64,000 bases of DNA. It comes from Candidatus Omnitrophota bacterium (GTDB lineage: Bacteria; Omnitrophota; Gorgyraeia; Duberdicusellales; 4484-171). This document shows, one piece after another, positions 18,455 to 26,987 of the stretch. Made by a program: the position numbers and the translations under genes. The notes beneath the pieces are model-generated. The model saw only the letters and a list, made by a program, of their open reading frames with translations. It did no database searches and was not told the DNA's origin. Location of the stretch: assembly GCA_003154195.1 (NCBI GenBank), contig PMCS01000008.1, positions 79,366-143,365 of the forward strand, given 5' to 3'. Numbering within the stretch: position 1 is the stretch's first letter; each line of letters starts with the position of its first letter.

Positions 18455-19318
18455 TTATTTTTTACGAAGTAAAAAATAATTGACGGCGTTTTGAAAAATA
18501 CGTAATCCCCAGGGAACAGTTTTTTTCTTATGCCAATCGGGAATCTGGTGCTCGAACATACAGCGTTCCGGATGAGGCATCAGCCCTAAGATTCTTCCCG
18601 TCGCGTCGGTGATACCGGCAATGTTACGCAGGGAACCATTAGGGTTGACCGTTTCACTTTCTTCGATTCCACCAACATCATCACAATACCTGAAAGCGAT
18701 CCGGCCGGCGGCCTCAAGCTCCTTGACTATTTTTTGAGGCGCAAGAAACTTTCCTTCGCCGTGAGCAATCGGCAACCGTATCACTTCCGGTAAGCCCTTC
18801 GTCCATATCTTTTCCGGTTTTGTTTCTTTCTTTTCGTCCCTCGTCCTTCGTCCCCGCCATCCTGCGGATGGCGAGGTCTCGCCAATTTGTTTTACAAATT
18901 GGCGGACTTCTTCCTTCGTTTTAAGGTATATCCATCTATCAACAAACCGGCCGCAGTCATTAAAGCTGAGAGTGACTTTCTGCCGGAAATCCGCGTCGGG
19001 CAAGATTCCGGTTTTAACCATTACCTGAAAACCGTTACAAATACCCAGTACCAGTCCACCCTTGCCGATAAAAGCCTTTAATTCATCCTTGAGCCACAAA
19101 AGCAGTTCTAAAGAAAAAATTTTCCCCGCGCCGAGGTCATCGCCGTAGCTGAAGCCCCCGGGAAAACAAATAATCTGGTAGCGCGATAGGCTCTTTGCTT
19201 CTTTAACATAATTGATATGCCGCAAAGAAGCTTCGGCTCCGGCCAGCTCAAAGGCCAAAGTCGTTTCCTTATCGCAGTTAATCCCCGCCGTACGTAATAT
19301 TAATGCTTTAGGTTTCAT
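18455..19318 (-). CDS. purQ: phosphoribosylformylglycinamidine synthase I (glutaminase subunit PurQ) carrying an in-frame repeat-element insertion
   Basis: MKPKALILRTAGINCDKET...GICNGFQV...PIAHGEG...MPHPER. It carries about 28 extra residues (ETSPSAGWRGRRTRDEKKETKPEKI) relative to canonical PurQ. The ORF-track start at 19366 is a TTG; the ATG at 19318 is preferred. Confidence 0.85.
   Translation of the reverse strand: MKPKALILRTAGINCDKETTLAFELAGAEASLRHINYVKEAKSLSRYQIICFPGGFSYGDDLGAGKIFSLELLLWLKDELKAFIGKGGLVLGICNGFQVMVKTGILPDADFRQKVTLSFNDCGRFVDRWIYLKTKEEVRQFVKQIGETSPSAGWRGRRTRDEKKETKPEKIWTKGLPEVIRLPIAHGEGKFLAPQKIVKELEAAGRIAFRYCDDVGGIEESETVNPNGSLRNIAGITDATGRILGLMPHPERCMFEHQIPDWHKKKTVPWGLRIFQNAVNYFLLRKK
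18836..18905. repeat. three-hairpin repeat cluster inserted in-frame in purQ
   Basis: ccatcctgcggatgg (18858-18872), ggcgaggtctcgcc (18870-18883; same motif at 35918-35931) and ccaatttgttttacaaattgg (18882-18902). Confidence 0.7.
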
Positions 19319-19366
19319 AAAAATAAAATCGAGATAAAAACAAAACCATAAAGCTTCTACCACCAA

Positions 19367-19599
19367 GACACCAAGACACCAAAAAAATTAAAAACTATAG
19401 ATTTTTTCGTGAATTTGTGTCTTGGTGGCAAAAACATTTTTGTTTTTATTTTAAAACCTAAACCTTACCACAGAGGCACCAAAAAAAGACTCAAAACCTT
19501 AAAACTCTATCACTAAGGCACTAAGAAAACCAAAAATTATATTTTTTCTTAGTGTACTTGGTGCCTTGGTGGTAAATTTTTAGGTTTTATTCAGATACT
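19367..19599. repeat. purL-purQ intercistronic region with three long imperfect hairpins
   Basis: accaccaagacac...gtgtcttggtggt; taccacagaggcaccaa...ttggtgccttggtggta enclosing cactaagaaaa...ttttcttagtg. Confidence 0.6.
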
Positions 19600-22491
19600 T
19601 CACTGGAATTCTTTAAAAGTACCTGTCCAGGCCTTACGCAGTTTCGCAAGGCTTTCGTTTACCACCGGCTTACTGTTTTTGTTGTAAATCATTAAATCCG
19701 GTTTATCATCCACGCAGCCGATTAAACCAAAAGGCAGGCCTTTTAACGTTTTTTCAAAATCCTTTTTGTCTCGCTTTACCACTTCAACGATAAAACGCGT
19801 AGGCGATTCGCTGAATAAGACTTCATAATCCAGAAGCTTTCCGGACACAGGAGCTTCGGCTAAAAATACATTGGCGCCCAGGCCTGACCCCATGCACATT
19901 TCAGCAAGCGCTACGGCCATGCCGCCCTCGGATAAATCATGGCAGGAAGCAACCAGGCCTTTTTTGGCGGCCCGGCTTAATCCGGTAAAAATATCGTAAG
20001 CATCAGCCTTATCTACTTTAGGCACGATACCGCCGGTAATTCCGGCGTTACGAAAATATTGCGACGCGCCGAGTTCCGGCTTAGTTTTACCGACTAAATA
20101 AATCAGGTTGCCCCTTTGGGTAAAGTTATTGCCGGAAACTTCCTGCCAATCGTCAATCACCGAAATCGCCGAGATCAATAATGTCCCCGGTATGGCGATA
20201 TCCTTTCCCTCTACGGAATACTCATTATAAAGGCTGTCTTTCCCGGAAATAAAAGGAATTTTAAAATAAGTAGAAAAATCGTAGCAGCCCTTAGAAGCGC
20301 GCACCAAGCCGGCTAAAGTTTCAGGATCCTGCGGCGAACCCCAGCAGAAATTATCCAGAATATAGGTCCGGCGTAAATCCGCGCCGCAGCTTATCAGGTT
20401 GCGCAGCGCCTCATCGATTGCCAGGGCCGCAGTCCAATAAGGGTCGATATCAGAATAAAAAGGGTTTATCCCCATCCCGATGACTACCGCCTTGCGGCTT
20501 TTCAAATCAGGCCTTACCACTGCGGCGTCGCTTACCCCAAGCCGGCCGCCGGTTTCGGCCATCGATTTTAAAACCGAACCGGCCTGGACTTCATGGTCGT
20601 ATTGGCGTAAAATCCAATCTTTCGGGCTGATGTTGGGCGACGCCAGCAAAGCGAGTAAATCTTTATTATAGGACTTTTTATCGCCAACTTTTGTGTCTTC
20701 TTCTTTTTTAATCTGCCAGGCCGCTTTTTTAGCCAGCTTGGGCAGATTAAAAATAAAATCCATGTCGAGCTCTGCTACTTTATTGCCGGAGTAAAAAAGC
20801 CTCAATCTATGATCGCCGGTCACCTTGCCCACTACCGTCATCTCCACGTCTTCTTCGTCAAAGATTTCTTTTAAGGCCGTGATATTTTCTTCCTTAGTGG
20901 TAAATACCATGCGCTCCTGCGATTCGGATATCCAGATCTCCGTATAGGAAAGGCCGCGGTATTTTAACGGCACCTTATCGAGCTCAACTTCAACCCCATG
21001 CTCGGAGGCGATTTCAGTAATGGCGCTGGAAATACCGCCGGCGCCGCAATCGGTAATCGCGTTGAATAAATTCTTATCGCGGCTGCACAACAGCGCTTCG
21101 GTGAGTTTCTTCTCTTCGATGGCATTACCGATTTGCACGGCGCTGTTTAAGGCAACGGTCTGCTCGTCGAGCTCCCGCGAAGAAAAAGTCGCGCCGTGTA
21201 TCCCGTCGCGGCCGGTCTTTGCTCCGCATAAAACCACAACGTCGTCAATATCGACTTTCTTGAACGATTTATTTTTAGGGAGAATGCCCAGCGTACCGCA
21301 ATAAACCAGAGGGTTGCCCAGAAAGCGCCGGTCAAAAAGCACGGCGCCGGCGACCGTCGGGATGCCCATGCGATTTCCGTAATCACGCACGCCGCCAATC
21401 ACTCCTTTAATAATACGTTTAGGATGCAACAACCCCTTAGGAAGGTCATCGTAGCTGATATCCCAGGGAGCAAAACAAAAAACATCGGTATTGGCAAACG
21501 GCTTAGCGCCGCAGCCGGTGCCTAAAATATCCCTGATCACGCCGCCGATGCCGGTAGACGCACCGCCATAAGGCTCCAGGCTGGAGGGATGGTTGTGCGT
21601 TTCAACCTTAAAGCAAATATTATTTTTCGCGTCAAAATCGACGATACCGGAATTATCGTGGAATACGGAAACACACCCTTTGTGGCTAATCTCGTTGGTC
21701 GCCTGCATCACCGTAGATTTCAGCAGGCCGTTAATCGTCTCTTTTTTAACCACGGCGCCGGATTCGTCCCGCTCTTCGTATTCGATAATCCCCCGGAAAG
21801 TTTTATGACAGCAATGTTCCGACCATAGAGTGGCAATCGTCTCTAATTCGCAATCCGTAGGGTTATTTTGCCGGGCGGTAAAATAACCCTTAATAATCCT
21901 CATCTCTTCTAAGCTGAGCGAAAGACAGCCCTGTTTAGAAATTTCCATTAAACGATTGTCATCAGCCGAAAGAATATCAACGCTGCGTAGCTCAAAGCAA
22001 TAATCTTTGCCGGCGAACTCGCTCAAGGTAGATAAATTTTTAACTTTATTATAATCGAGCACATGTTCAATAAGCGGATTATACAAAACCCTGGGGGCCA
22101 GCTTTTCGATATCCCTGACGGATAAACCGTCAAACTTATACCAGCGGGCGGTACGCGCGGTGGCAACCGGCACGTTTAAATCCTTGATCGCTTTTTCTAA
22201 AGACAGCGCCACGGGATCGCACACCCCGGGATTATGGGTGACCAGAATCTCATTGATTTGAGGGGGCGCCGCAAAAAAACCTCGGGCAAGAATATAATTT
22301 TCAGTAACCGGATCGATGAGAAGCCGGATAACGATTTCTTCGATTTTGTTTTCGGGCAGATTCGATTCGATAAAATAAACCGTACGGCAAGAAGCCTCAA
22401 AGATTTTGCCGATGCCTGAATCTTTTATCTGGTTAATCAGTCCGGTATGCCGGCTTTCTTTTTTGGGGATGATATCTACGCGGTGAACCAT
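19600..22491 (-). CDS. purL: phosphoribosylformylglycinamidine synthase II (PurL) with N-terminal PurS-like domain
   Basis: 963 aa. The core carries typical PurL motifs (HNHPSSLEPYGGASTGIGGVIRD...). It is about 220 aa longer than stand-alone PurL, and the first 80 aa have a PurS-like pattern (...IDPVTENYIL). Confidence 0.85.
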   Translation of the reverse strand: MVHRVDIIPKKESRHTGLINQIKDSGIGKIFEASCRTVYFIESNLPENKIEEIVIRLLIDPVTENYILARGFFAAPPQINEILVTHNPGVCDPVALSLEKAIKDLNVPVATARTARWYKFDGLSVRDIEKLAPRVLYNPLIEHVLDYNKVKNLSTLSEFAGKDYCFELRSVDILSADDNRLMEISKQGCLSLSLEEMRIIKGYFTARQNNPTDCELETIATLWSEHCCHKTFRGIIEYEERDESGAVVKKETINGLLKSTVMQATNEISHKGCVSVFHDNSGIVDFDAKNNICFKVETHNHPSSLEPYGGASTGIGGVIRDILGTGCGAKPFANTDVFCFAPWDISYDDLPKGLLHPKRIIKGVIGGVRDYGNRMGIPTVAGAVLFDRRFLGNPLVYCGTLGILPKNKSFKKVDIDDVVVLCGAKTGRDGIHGATFSSRELDEQTVALNSAVQIGNAIEEKKLTEALLCSRDKNLFNAITDCGAGGISSAITEIASEHGVEVELDKVPLKYRGLSYTEIWISESQERMVFTTKEENITALKEIFDEEDVEMTVVGKVTGDHRLRLFYSGNKVAELDMDFIFNLPKLAKKAAWQIKKEEDTKVGDKKSYNKDLLALLASPNISPKDWILRQYDHEVQAGSVLKSMAETGGRLGVSDAAVVRPDLKSRKAVVIGMGINPFYSDIDPYWTAALAIDEALRNLISCGADLRRTYILDNFCWGSPQDPETLAGLVRASKGCYDFSTYFKIPFISGKDSLYNEYSVEGKDIAIPGTLLISAISVIDDWQEVSGNNFTQRGNLIYLVGKTKPELGASQYFRNAGITGGIVPKVDKADAYDIFTGLSRAAKKGLVASCHDLSEGGMAVALAEMCMGSGLGANVFLAEAPVSGKLLDYEVLFSESPTRFIVEVVKRDKKDFEKTLKGLPFGLIGCVDDKPDLMIYNKNSKPVVNESLAKLRKAWTGTFKEFQ

Positions 22492-22580
22492 ATTTTAGAC
22501 CTTGGATAATACGATTGCGCAGGAAACTATTTTAATAACTGTGAGGATATTTGAAAAGGGGAAAAGGTGTCTGTCCCCTT

Positions 22581-23888
22581 TTAAATTCCCGTCCTTTTAT
22601 AAATTTTATCGACATTGATTAGATAAGTATGGGGGTCAAAGATTTCTTCGATTTCTTTCGGCATCAAATATTTTTTAATACGGTTGTCGCGCGATACTTC
22701 CTTCTGGAAATTAGAATTGCCGTTAATCACTTTCAGAGAAATATCCTGGACGATCTCGTAAGCGTCCATGCGCGAAAGCCCCCGGCTCATCAGCTTAAGC
22801 AGGATTTTCTGCGAGTAAATCAGGCCGCGGTTGAGTTCGATGTTACGCATCATATTCTGGGGATTGACTTTGAGGTTTTCCACCACTTCAATCATTTTTT
22901 TAAGCATGTACGCGATTGCTGCGGTAGAATCCGGCAGGATCACCCTTTCCGATGATGAATGCGAGATGTCGCGTTCGTGCCAGAGATTGATATTCTCAAA
23001 CGCTACCTGGGAATTAGCCCGCAGCAGGCGGCTCAACCCGCAGATTCTTTCGCAAATCACCGGGTTCTGTTTGTGCGGCATCGCACTCGAACCCTTCTGT
23101 CCGGCATAAAAAGGCTCTTTTACTTCATCGACTTCGGTGCGATGGAGATGCCTTACTTCAGTGGCGAAACGTTCCAGGGTCGCCCCCAGTAAAGCCAGTA
23201 AAGAAAGATAATAGGCAAAACGTTCTCTCGATACTACCTGGGTTGAAACTAAAGTATGGTTTATACCCAATTTTCGGCAAATATATTCTTCGACTTTCGG
23301 TTCATGATAGGCGAATGTCCCCACGGCGCCGGAAATCTTGCCGCAAGCGACATACTTTAAACTATCCCGGAGCAGGCGCTGCTCTTCAATCAAATCGTTA
23401 TAAAAATAAAGGAATTTAAGGCCAAAGCTGTAGATCTCGGCGTGCACGCCGTGAGTGCGGGCGATGCAAAGCATATCCTTGTGCTTAATCGCCCTATCCT
23501 TAACCTCTTTTATTAAAATACCGAGCTGTGATAGGATAATTTCTGTGGCATCCCGGAGCTGCCAGGCAAGCGTCGTATCGAGAAGATCGGAAGAAGTCAT
23601 CCCCATGTGCAAATATTTAGCCGCCCGCCCTAATTGCGGGGAAATATGTTGCAGAAAAGCGACAATATCATGCTGGGTCTGCTCTTCGATTTTTTTAATC
23701 GCGGGAACAGATATTTTAACGCCGGCAAACGATTTGCTTATACCGGGGGGTATTTTCTTATATGTTTCCAAGGCCCGGCAAAGCAGCTTTTCAATCTCCA
23801 GGAACCGGCGGAATTTTTCTTCCTCGTCCCATATTTTAGCGATTTCCGGCGGATTATAACGTTCAATCATAATTTTATGAAACACCAA
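22581..23888 (-). CDS. purB: adenylosuccinate lyase
   Basis: MIERYNPPEIAKIWDEEEKF... and fumarate-lyase signature GSSAMPHKQNP. The likely start is the internal MIERY. Confidence 0.95.
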   Translation of the reverse strand: MVFHKIMIERYNPPEIAKIWDEEEKFRRFLEIEKLLCRALETYKKIPPGISKSFAGVKISVPAIKKIEEQTQHDIVAFLQHISPQLGRAAKYLHMGMTSSDLLDTTLAWQLRDATEIILSQLGILIKEVKDRAIKHKDMLCIARTHGVHAEIYSFGLKFLYFYNDLIEEQRLLRDSLKYVACGKISGAVGTFAYHEPKVEEYICRKLGINHTLVSTQVVSRERFAYYLSLLALLGATLERFATEVRHLHRTEVDEVKEPFYAGQKGSSAMPHKQNPVICERICGLSRLLRANSQVAFENINLWHERDISHSSSERVILPDSTAAIAYMLKKMIEVVENLKVNPQNMMRNIELNRGLIYSQKILLKLMSRGLSRMDAYEIVQDISLKVINGNSNFQKEVSRDNRIKKYLMPKEIEEIFDPHTYLINVDKIYKRTGI

Positions 23889-23939
23889 GGTTCTCCCTGC
23901 GGCTTGCCGCAGGGTATTCGGCGAAGAAGAATAAAAAAA

Positions 23940-24326
23940 TTAGTAAGTGACATTGGCGGTAATCGTGCTGCTCTCGTTAAAAGGATATGGGTCGGCGGCA
24001 TTCGGGGCAACCCGGGTGACAGCAACACTCACGGGATACCCCGGCACGTTGGCCGCGCCTACATTCACGGGATTGACAACCGCTTCGTTTCTTATTAATC
24101 TATCGGTAGCATTAACAAGACCCGCTTGCGCGGCGTAGAAAGAACGGATTCTTCTTATCTTATTTTCCGTCAACCGCGACTGCTGGGTCATAATCGTTAA
24201 AACCGCCAGGGCAAGAGCAGAAACTACCAGCATAATCCCGATCACCGCCAGCAACACCACTGCCTTCTTCATCAACCCAAATACACAAGCCTCTTTTTTA
24301 TGAGCGGAAAAATAGTAGGTTTTCAT
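23940..24326 (-). CDS. PilX-N-like minor pilin / pseudopilin-like membrane protein
   Basis: MKKAVVLLAVIGIMLVVSALALAVLTIMTQQSRLTENKIRRIRSFYAAQAGL resembles the PilX N-terminal domain pattern. No canonical GFTLIE prepilin motif. Confidence 0.4.
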   Translation of the reverse strand: MKTYYFSAHKKEACVFGLMKKAVVLLAVIGIMLVVSALALAVLTIMTQQSRLTENKIRRIRSFYAAQAGLVNATDRLIRNEAVVNPVNVGAANVPGYPVSVAVTRVAPNAADPYPFNESSTITANVTY

Positions 24327-24404
24327 ATCTGCCGGCCCTGTAGGCGGATAAGTAATCTGAACGAGCCGCTTTGCTCTTCCTATTCCGGCTCGTTCAGATT
24401 AGGG

Positions 24405-24602
24405 TTAGCGTAAGCTTATCCTATAATCGCCGCTGTCAAAAACAACCAGAACATGGCCTTCCCGGGCAAGCCAGCCTAAACTCATCAAAATAAGTTCCCG
24501 GGGTTTTTCCACGCCGCCGCATAATTTTGTCAAAGTTACCTGGCCATTTTGATCCAGAAAATGCCATATCTCGCCCGCCGTTATACCGATCTCTGTAATC
24601 AT
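24405..24602 (-). CDS. small winged-helix-like protein (hypothetical)
   Basis: 65 aa: MITEIGITAGEIWHFLDQNGQVTLTKLCGG... A repeat module lies about 20 nt upstream. Confidence 0.35.
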   Translation of the reverse strand: MITEIGITAGEIWHFLDQNGQVTLTKLCGGVEKPRELILMSLGWLAREGHVLVVFDSGDYRISLR

Positions 24603-24708
24603 TTTTACCTCTCTTTATTTTAATGAAACTTGCCCGGTATTCCGGGCTTAGTTGAATTATCCCCGAAGAGGAATTTGCTTCGCAAAAAAATAAACATCCC
24701 GCTTACGC
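24602..24708. repeat. degenerate family-3 element plus partial AT/CG hairpins
   Basis: aatgaaacttgcccggtattccgggcttagttgaattatccccgaag, then tttgcttcgcaaaaaaataaac and atcccgcttacgcggat. Confidence 0.5.
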
Positions 24709-24902
24709 GGATAAAATATTACTTACCTACCCCGGGGTATAATCCTATGAATTTCAATTACTATGCTTCCTTAATGATCCTCGGACAGACTGTTTGCTGA
24801 AGCTCCACAATCTCACAGGCATGGTCTTCCGGAGTTGGGATAAAGATACCGCAGGTATCCTTATCCCAATTGTACTACTGACCGCTGTTATTTCAAGTAA
24901 AA

Positions 24903-25538
24903 CTATTTTTCGCGCCGCGAAAAATAGCCCGCGATAAGCATTTTAACATTATCGCCGATACGCGAAAATTCCTTATCGGCAAATAAATCTTTGTTAAAAA
25001 CGCTCCCGCCGAAGGCGGCCGCGTCGGCGCCGTTTTTAAAAAACTCGGCGATGTTGGCGGCGTTCACGCCGCCGCAAGCAAGCAGTTTTATATGCTCAAA
25101 GGGAGCCTTTATTTCCTTAAAATAAGCTGGGCCAAAAAAGCCGGCGGGAAAAACCTTTACCATTGCCGCCCCCGCCTGCCAGGCGCAATATATTTCCTGC
25201 GGGGTAAGCGCGCCCGGGAAAAAAGCGATTTTTTCCCTTCGGCAAAAAATCGCTACTTCTTTTACCAAAACCGGAGAAACAATAAATGAAGCCCCGGCAT
25301 TGATCGCCGCCTTTAAAGAACTTTCGTCGAGGACTGTTCCCGCGCCGACCGACAACCTGCCCCTGGCCGCCTTAATTGTCCTTTTGATAACCGCCGCGGC
25401 ATGGGGGGTATTCAAAGTAATCTCAATTGCTCTCAGGCCGACAGCCGCTACCGCTTCCACCAGCGGCTCGATATCTTCTTCCTTAACCCCACGTAAAATG
25501 CCCAAAATAGGAAGCTTTTCAAATTCTTTGATGTCCAT
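24903..25538 (-). CDS. eda: KDPG / KHG aldolase (Eda)
   Basis: LPILGILRG...IEITLNTP...GAGTVLD...FPG; Eda fold. The palindrome ctatttttcgcgccgcgaaaaatag overlaps the stop. Confidence 0.85.
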   Translation of the reverse strand: MDIKEFEKLPILGILRGVKEEDIEPLVEAVAAVGLRAIEITLNTPHAAAVIKRTIKAARGRLSVGAGTVLDESSLKAAINAGASFIVSPVLVKEVAIFCRREKIAFFPGALTPQEIYCAWQAGAAMVKVFPAGFFGPAYFKEIKAPFEHIKLLACGGVNAANIAEFFKNGADAAAFGGSVFNKDLFADKEFSRIGDNVKMLIAGYFSRREK

Positions 25539-25550
25539 AATTAAAAACTA

Positions 25551-25722
25551 GGTTAGGGTAAGGGTAAGGGTAAGGGTTAAGGGTTAAGGGTTAAGGGTTA
25601 AGGTTTAATAATCTTTTTTTTAAAAGCCTTTACCTTAACCCTAACCCAAACCCAAGCCGGCCTCGTAACCCTGACCTTAACCCGGTATTTATCATACCGG
25701 CTTCCTCACCCTAGCCTTGGCC
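25551..25722. repeat. GGTTAGGG/CCCTAACC-family element, copy C, with telomere-like G-tract minisatellite
   Basis: ggttaggg (gtaaggg)x3 (gttaaggg)x4 ... ccttaaccctaacccaaacccaagccggcctcgtaaccctgaccttaaccc...caccctagcc. There are seven GGG tracts spaced 3-4 nt apart. Confidence 0.75.
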
Positions 25723-26673
25723 CTATTCTTCTTCTACGTCGATAAAGCTCTCGTAAAACTCGCGGTAATCCTCTTTCTTATCGGACTCGCGAAGAGCGAT
25801 TGCTTCTTTAGGATGGGTGTTAAACATCCCGGCAATCGCGTAAGGGATGATATAACCCCATTCAATCTTATCCCGTAAAGGAATAAACTCCTTAGAGATC
25901 AAATCAAGTACCGGCCGGATATCGAATTTGGGATTTTTTAAAAATCCCAGCAAAAGTTCCAGGGGACAGTTTCCCGCGGCACGGCCGATACCGTAAACCG
26001 TAGCATCCAGATAATTGGCGTTATGAATAATCGCTTCGATTGTATTAGCAAAAGCAAGCTGCTGGTTATTATGTCCGTGAAAACCTACTTCCTTGGTTTT
26101 TAAAATACTCTTTACTTTTTTAATCAAAAACTCCGTAGTTTCCTGATAGAGAAAACCAAAGCTATCCACCACATAAATTACGTCGGCCTTGCTTTCTCTT
26201 TCCAACTGGTCTAAGGCTTCGTTAAGTTCATTATCCAATGCCTTGGTGATCGCCATGATATTCACGGTAGTCTCATAGCCTTTGTCATGAAATTCATTAA
26301 CCAACCTTATCGCTTTATCAATATCTTTAACATAGCTGGCAACCCGGATCATGCTCACCGGGCTCTCTTTTTTAGGCTTAACGTCAGCCGGGTCGACCCT
26401 TCCGATATCGGCCATCACGGAAATTTTTGTCTTGGAAGGGATGCCTTCGATAACGCGATTGATGATATCATCCTCGCAGAATTTCCACGGCCCGTATTCG
26501 GAAGCGGAAAAAAGTTTTTTGGAATTACGGTAGCCGATTTCCATATAATCCACGCCGGCGGCGGAAAGCGCGCTGTAAACCGCGCGGACAAATTCGAAGC
26601 TGAAATCGTGGTCGTTGATCAGGCCGCCATCCCGGACCGTACAGTCAAAAACTTTTATTTTTTCTCTAAACAT
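25723..26673 (-). CDS. HMGL-like / DRE-TIM metallolyase family aldolase
   Basis: DCTVRDGG, DSFG and HGHNNQQLAFANT motifs of the pyruvate carboxyltransferase/HMGL-like fold. Specific substrate unknown. Confidence 0.55.
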   Translation of the reverse strand: MFREKIKVFDCTVRDGGLINDHDFSFEFVRAVYSALSAAGVDYMEIGYRNSKKLFSASEYGPWKFCEDDIINRVIEGIPSKTKISVMADIGRVDPADVKPKKESPVSMIRVASYVKDIDKAIRLVNEFHDKGYETTVNIMAITKALDNELNEALDQLERESKADVIYVVDSFGFLYQETTEFLIKKVKSILKTKEVGFHGHNNQQLAFANTIEAIIHNANYLDATVYGIGRAAGNCPLELLLGFLKNPKFDIRPVLDLISKEFIPLRDKIEWGYIIPYAIAGMFNTHPKEAIALRESDKKEDYREFYESFIDVEEE

Positions 26674-26939
26674 AGCTTTATCTCCTCAATGAGGCTTGGG
26701 TTTTTATAAGCCGTAGGCGCAGTAAAAACCCTTAGCCTAATTTCCCGCCCCTGGCGGGATCCCGCTTCCTCGACATGCTTATTCAGGAAGGCGGTGATAC
26801 TTCCGAGGCGTTTCGGGAAAATATCGTAAGAGATTTCACCGGTATATAGACGCCCGGAAGCCTATCTGATTTATTTAGGAATACTATTTGCAGTAAGCCC
26901 CACTGGCTCGTCTATACAAATATATTTATCTTTTCGCCG

Positions 26940-26975
26940 CAAAAAAATGAATGCCTGCCGAACGACGCAGGCTAT
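26940..26975 (-). terminator. rho-independent terminator downstream of pilT
   Basis: Minus strand reads gcctgcgtcgttcggcaggc followed by a U-run. Confidence 0.6.
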
Positions 26976-26987
26976 TTTATATGAAAA

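Noticed and set aside
22553-22582. Terminator hairpin aaaagggg...cccctttt downstream of purB
   Set aside because: The stem overlaps the purB stop codon and is followed on the transcribed strand by only a weak U-tract. It is a plausible structure but not convincing enough to list as a feature.
25551-25610. Eukaryotic telomere contamination or chimeric assembly (TTAGGG-like repeats)
   Set aside because: The run is short and mixed (GGTAAG/GGTTAAG). It is flanked on both sides by contiguous bacterial genes (eda, HMGL-like aldolase). It also forms one arm of a palindromic element found three more times in the window.
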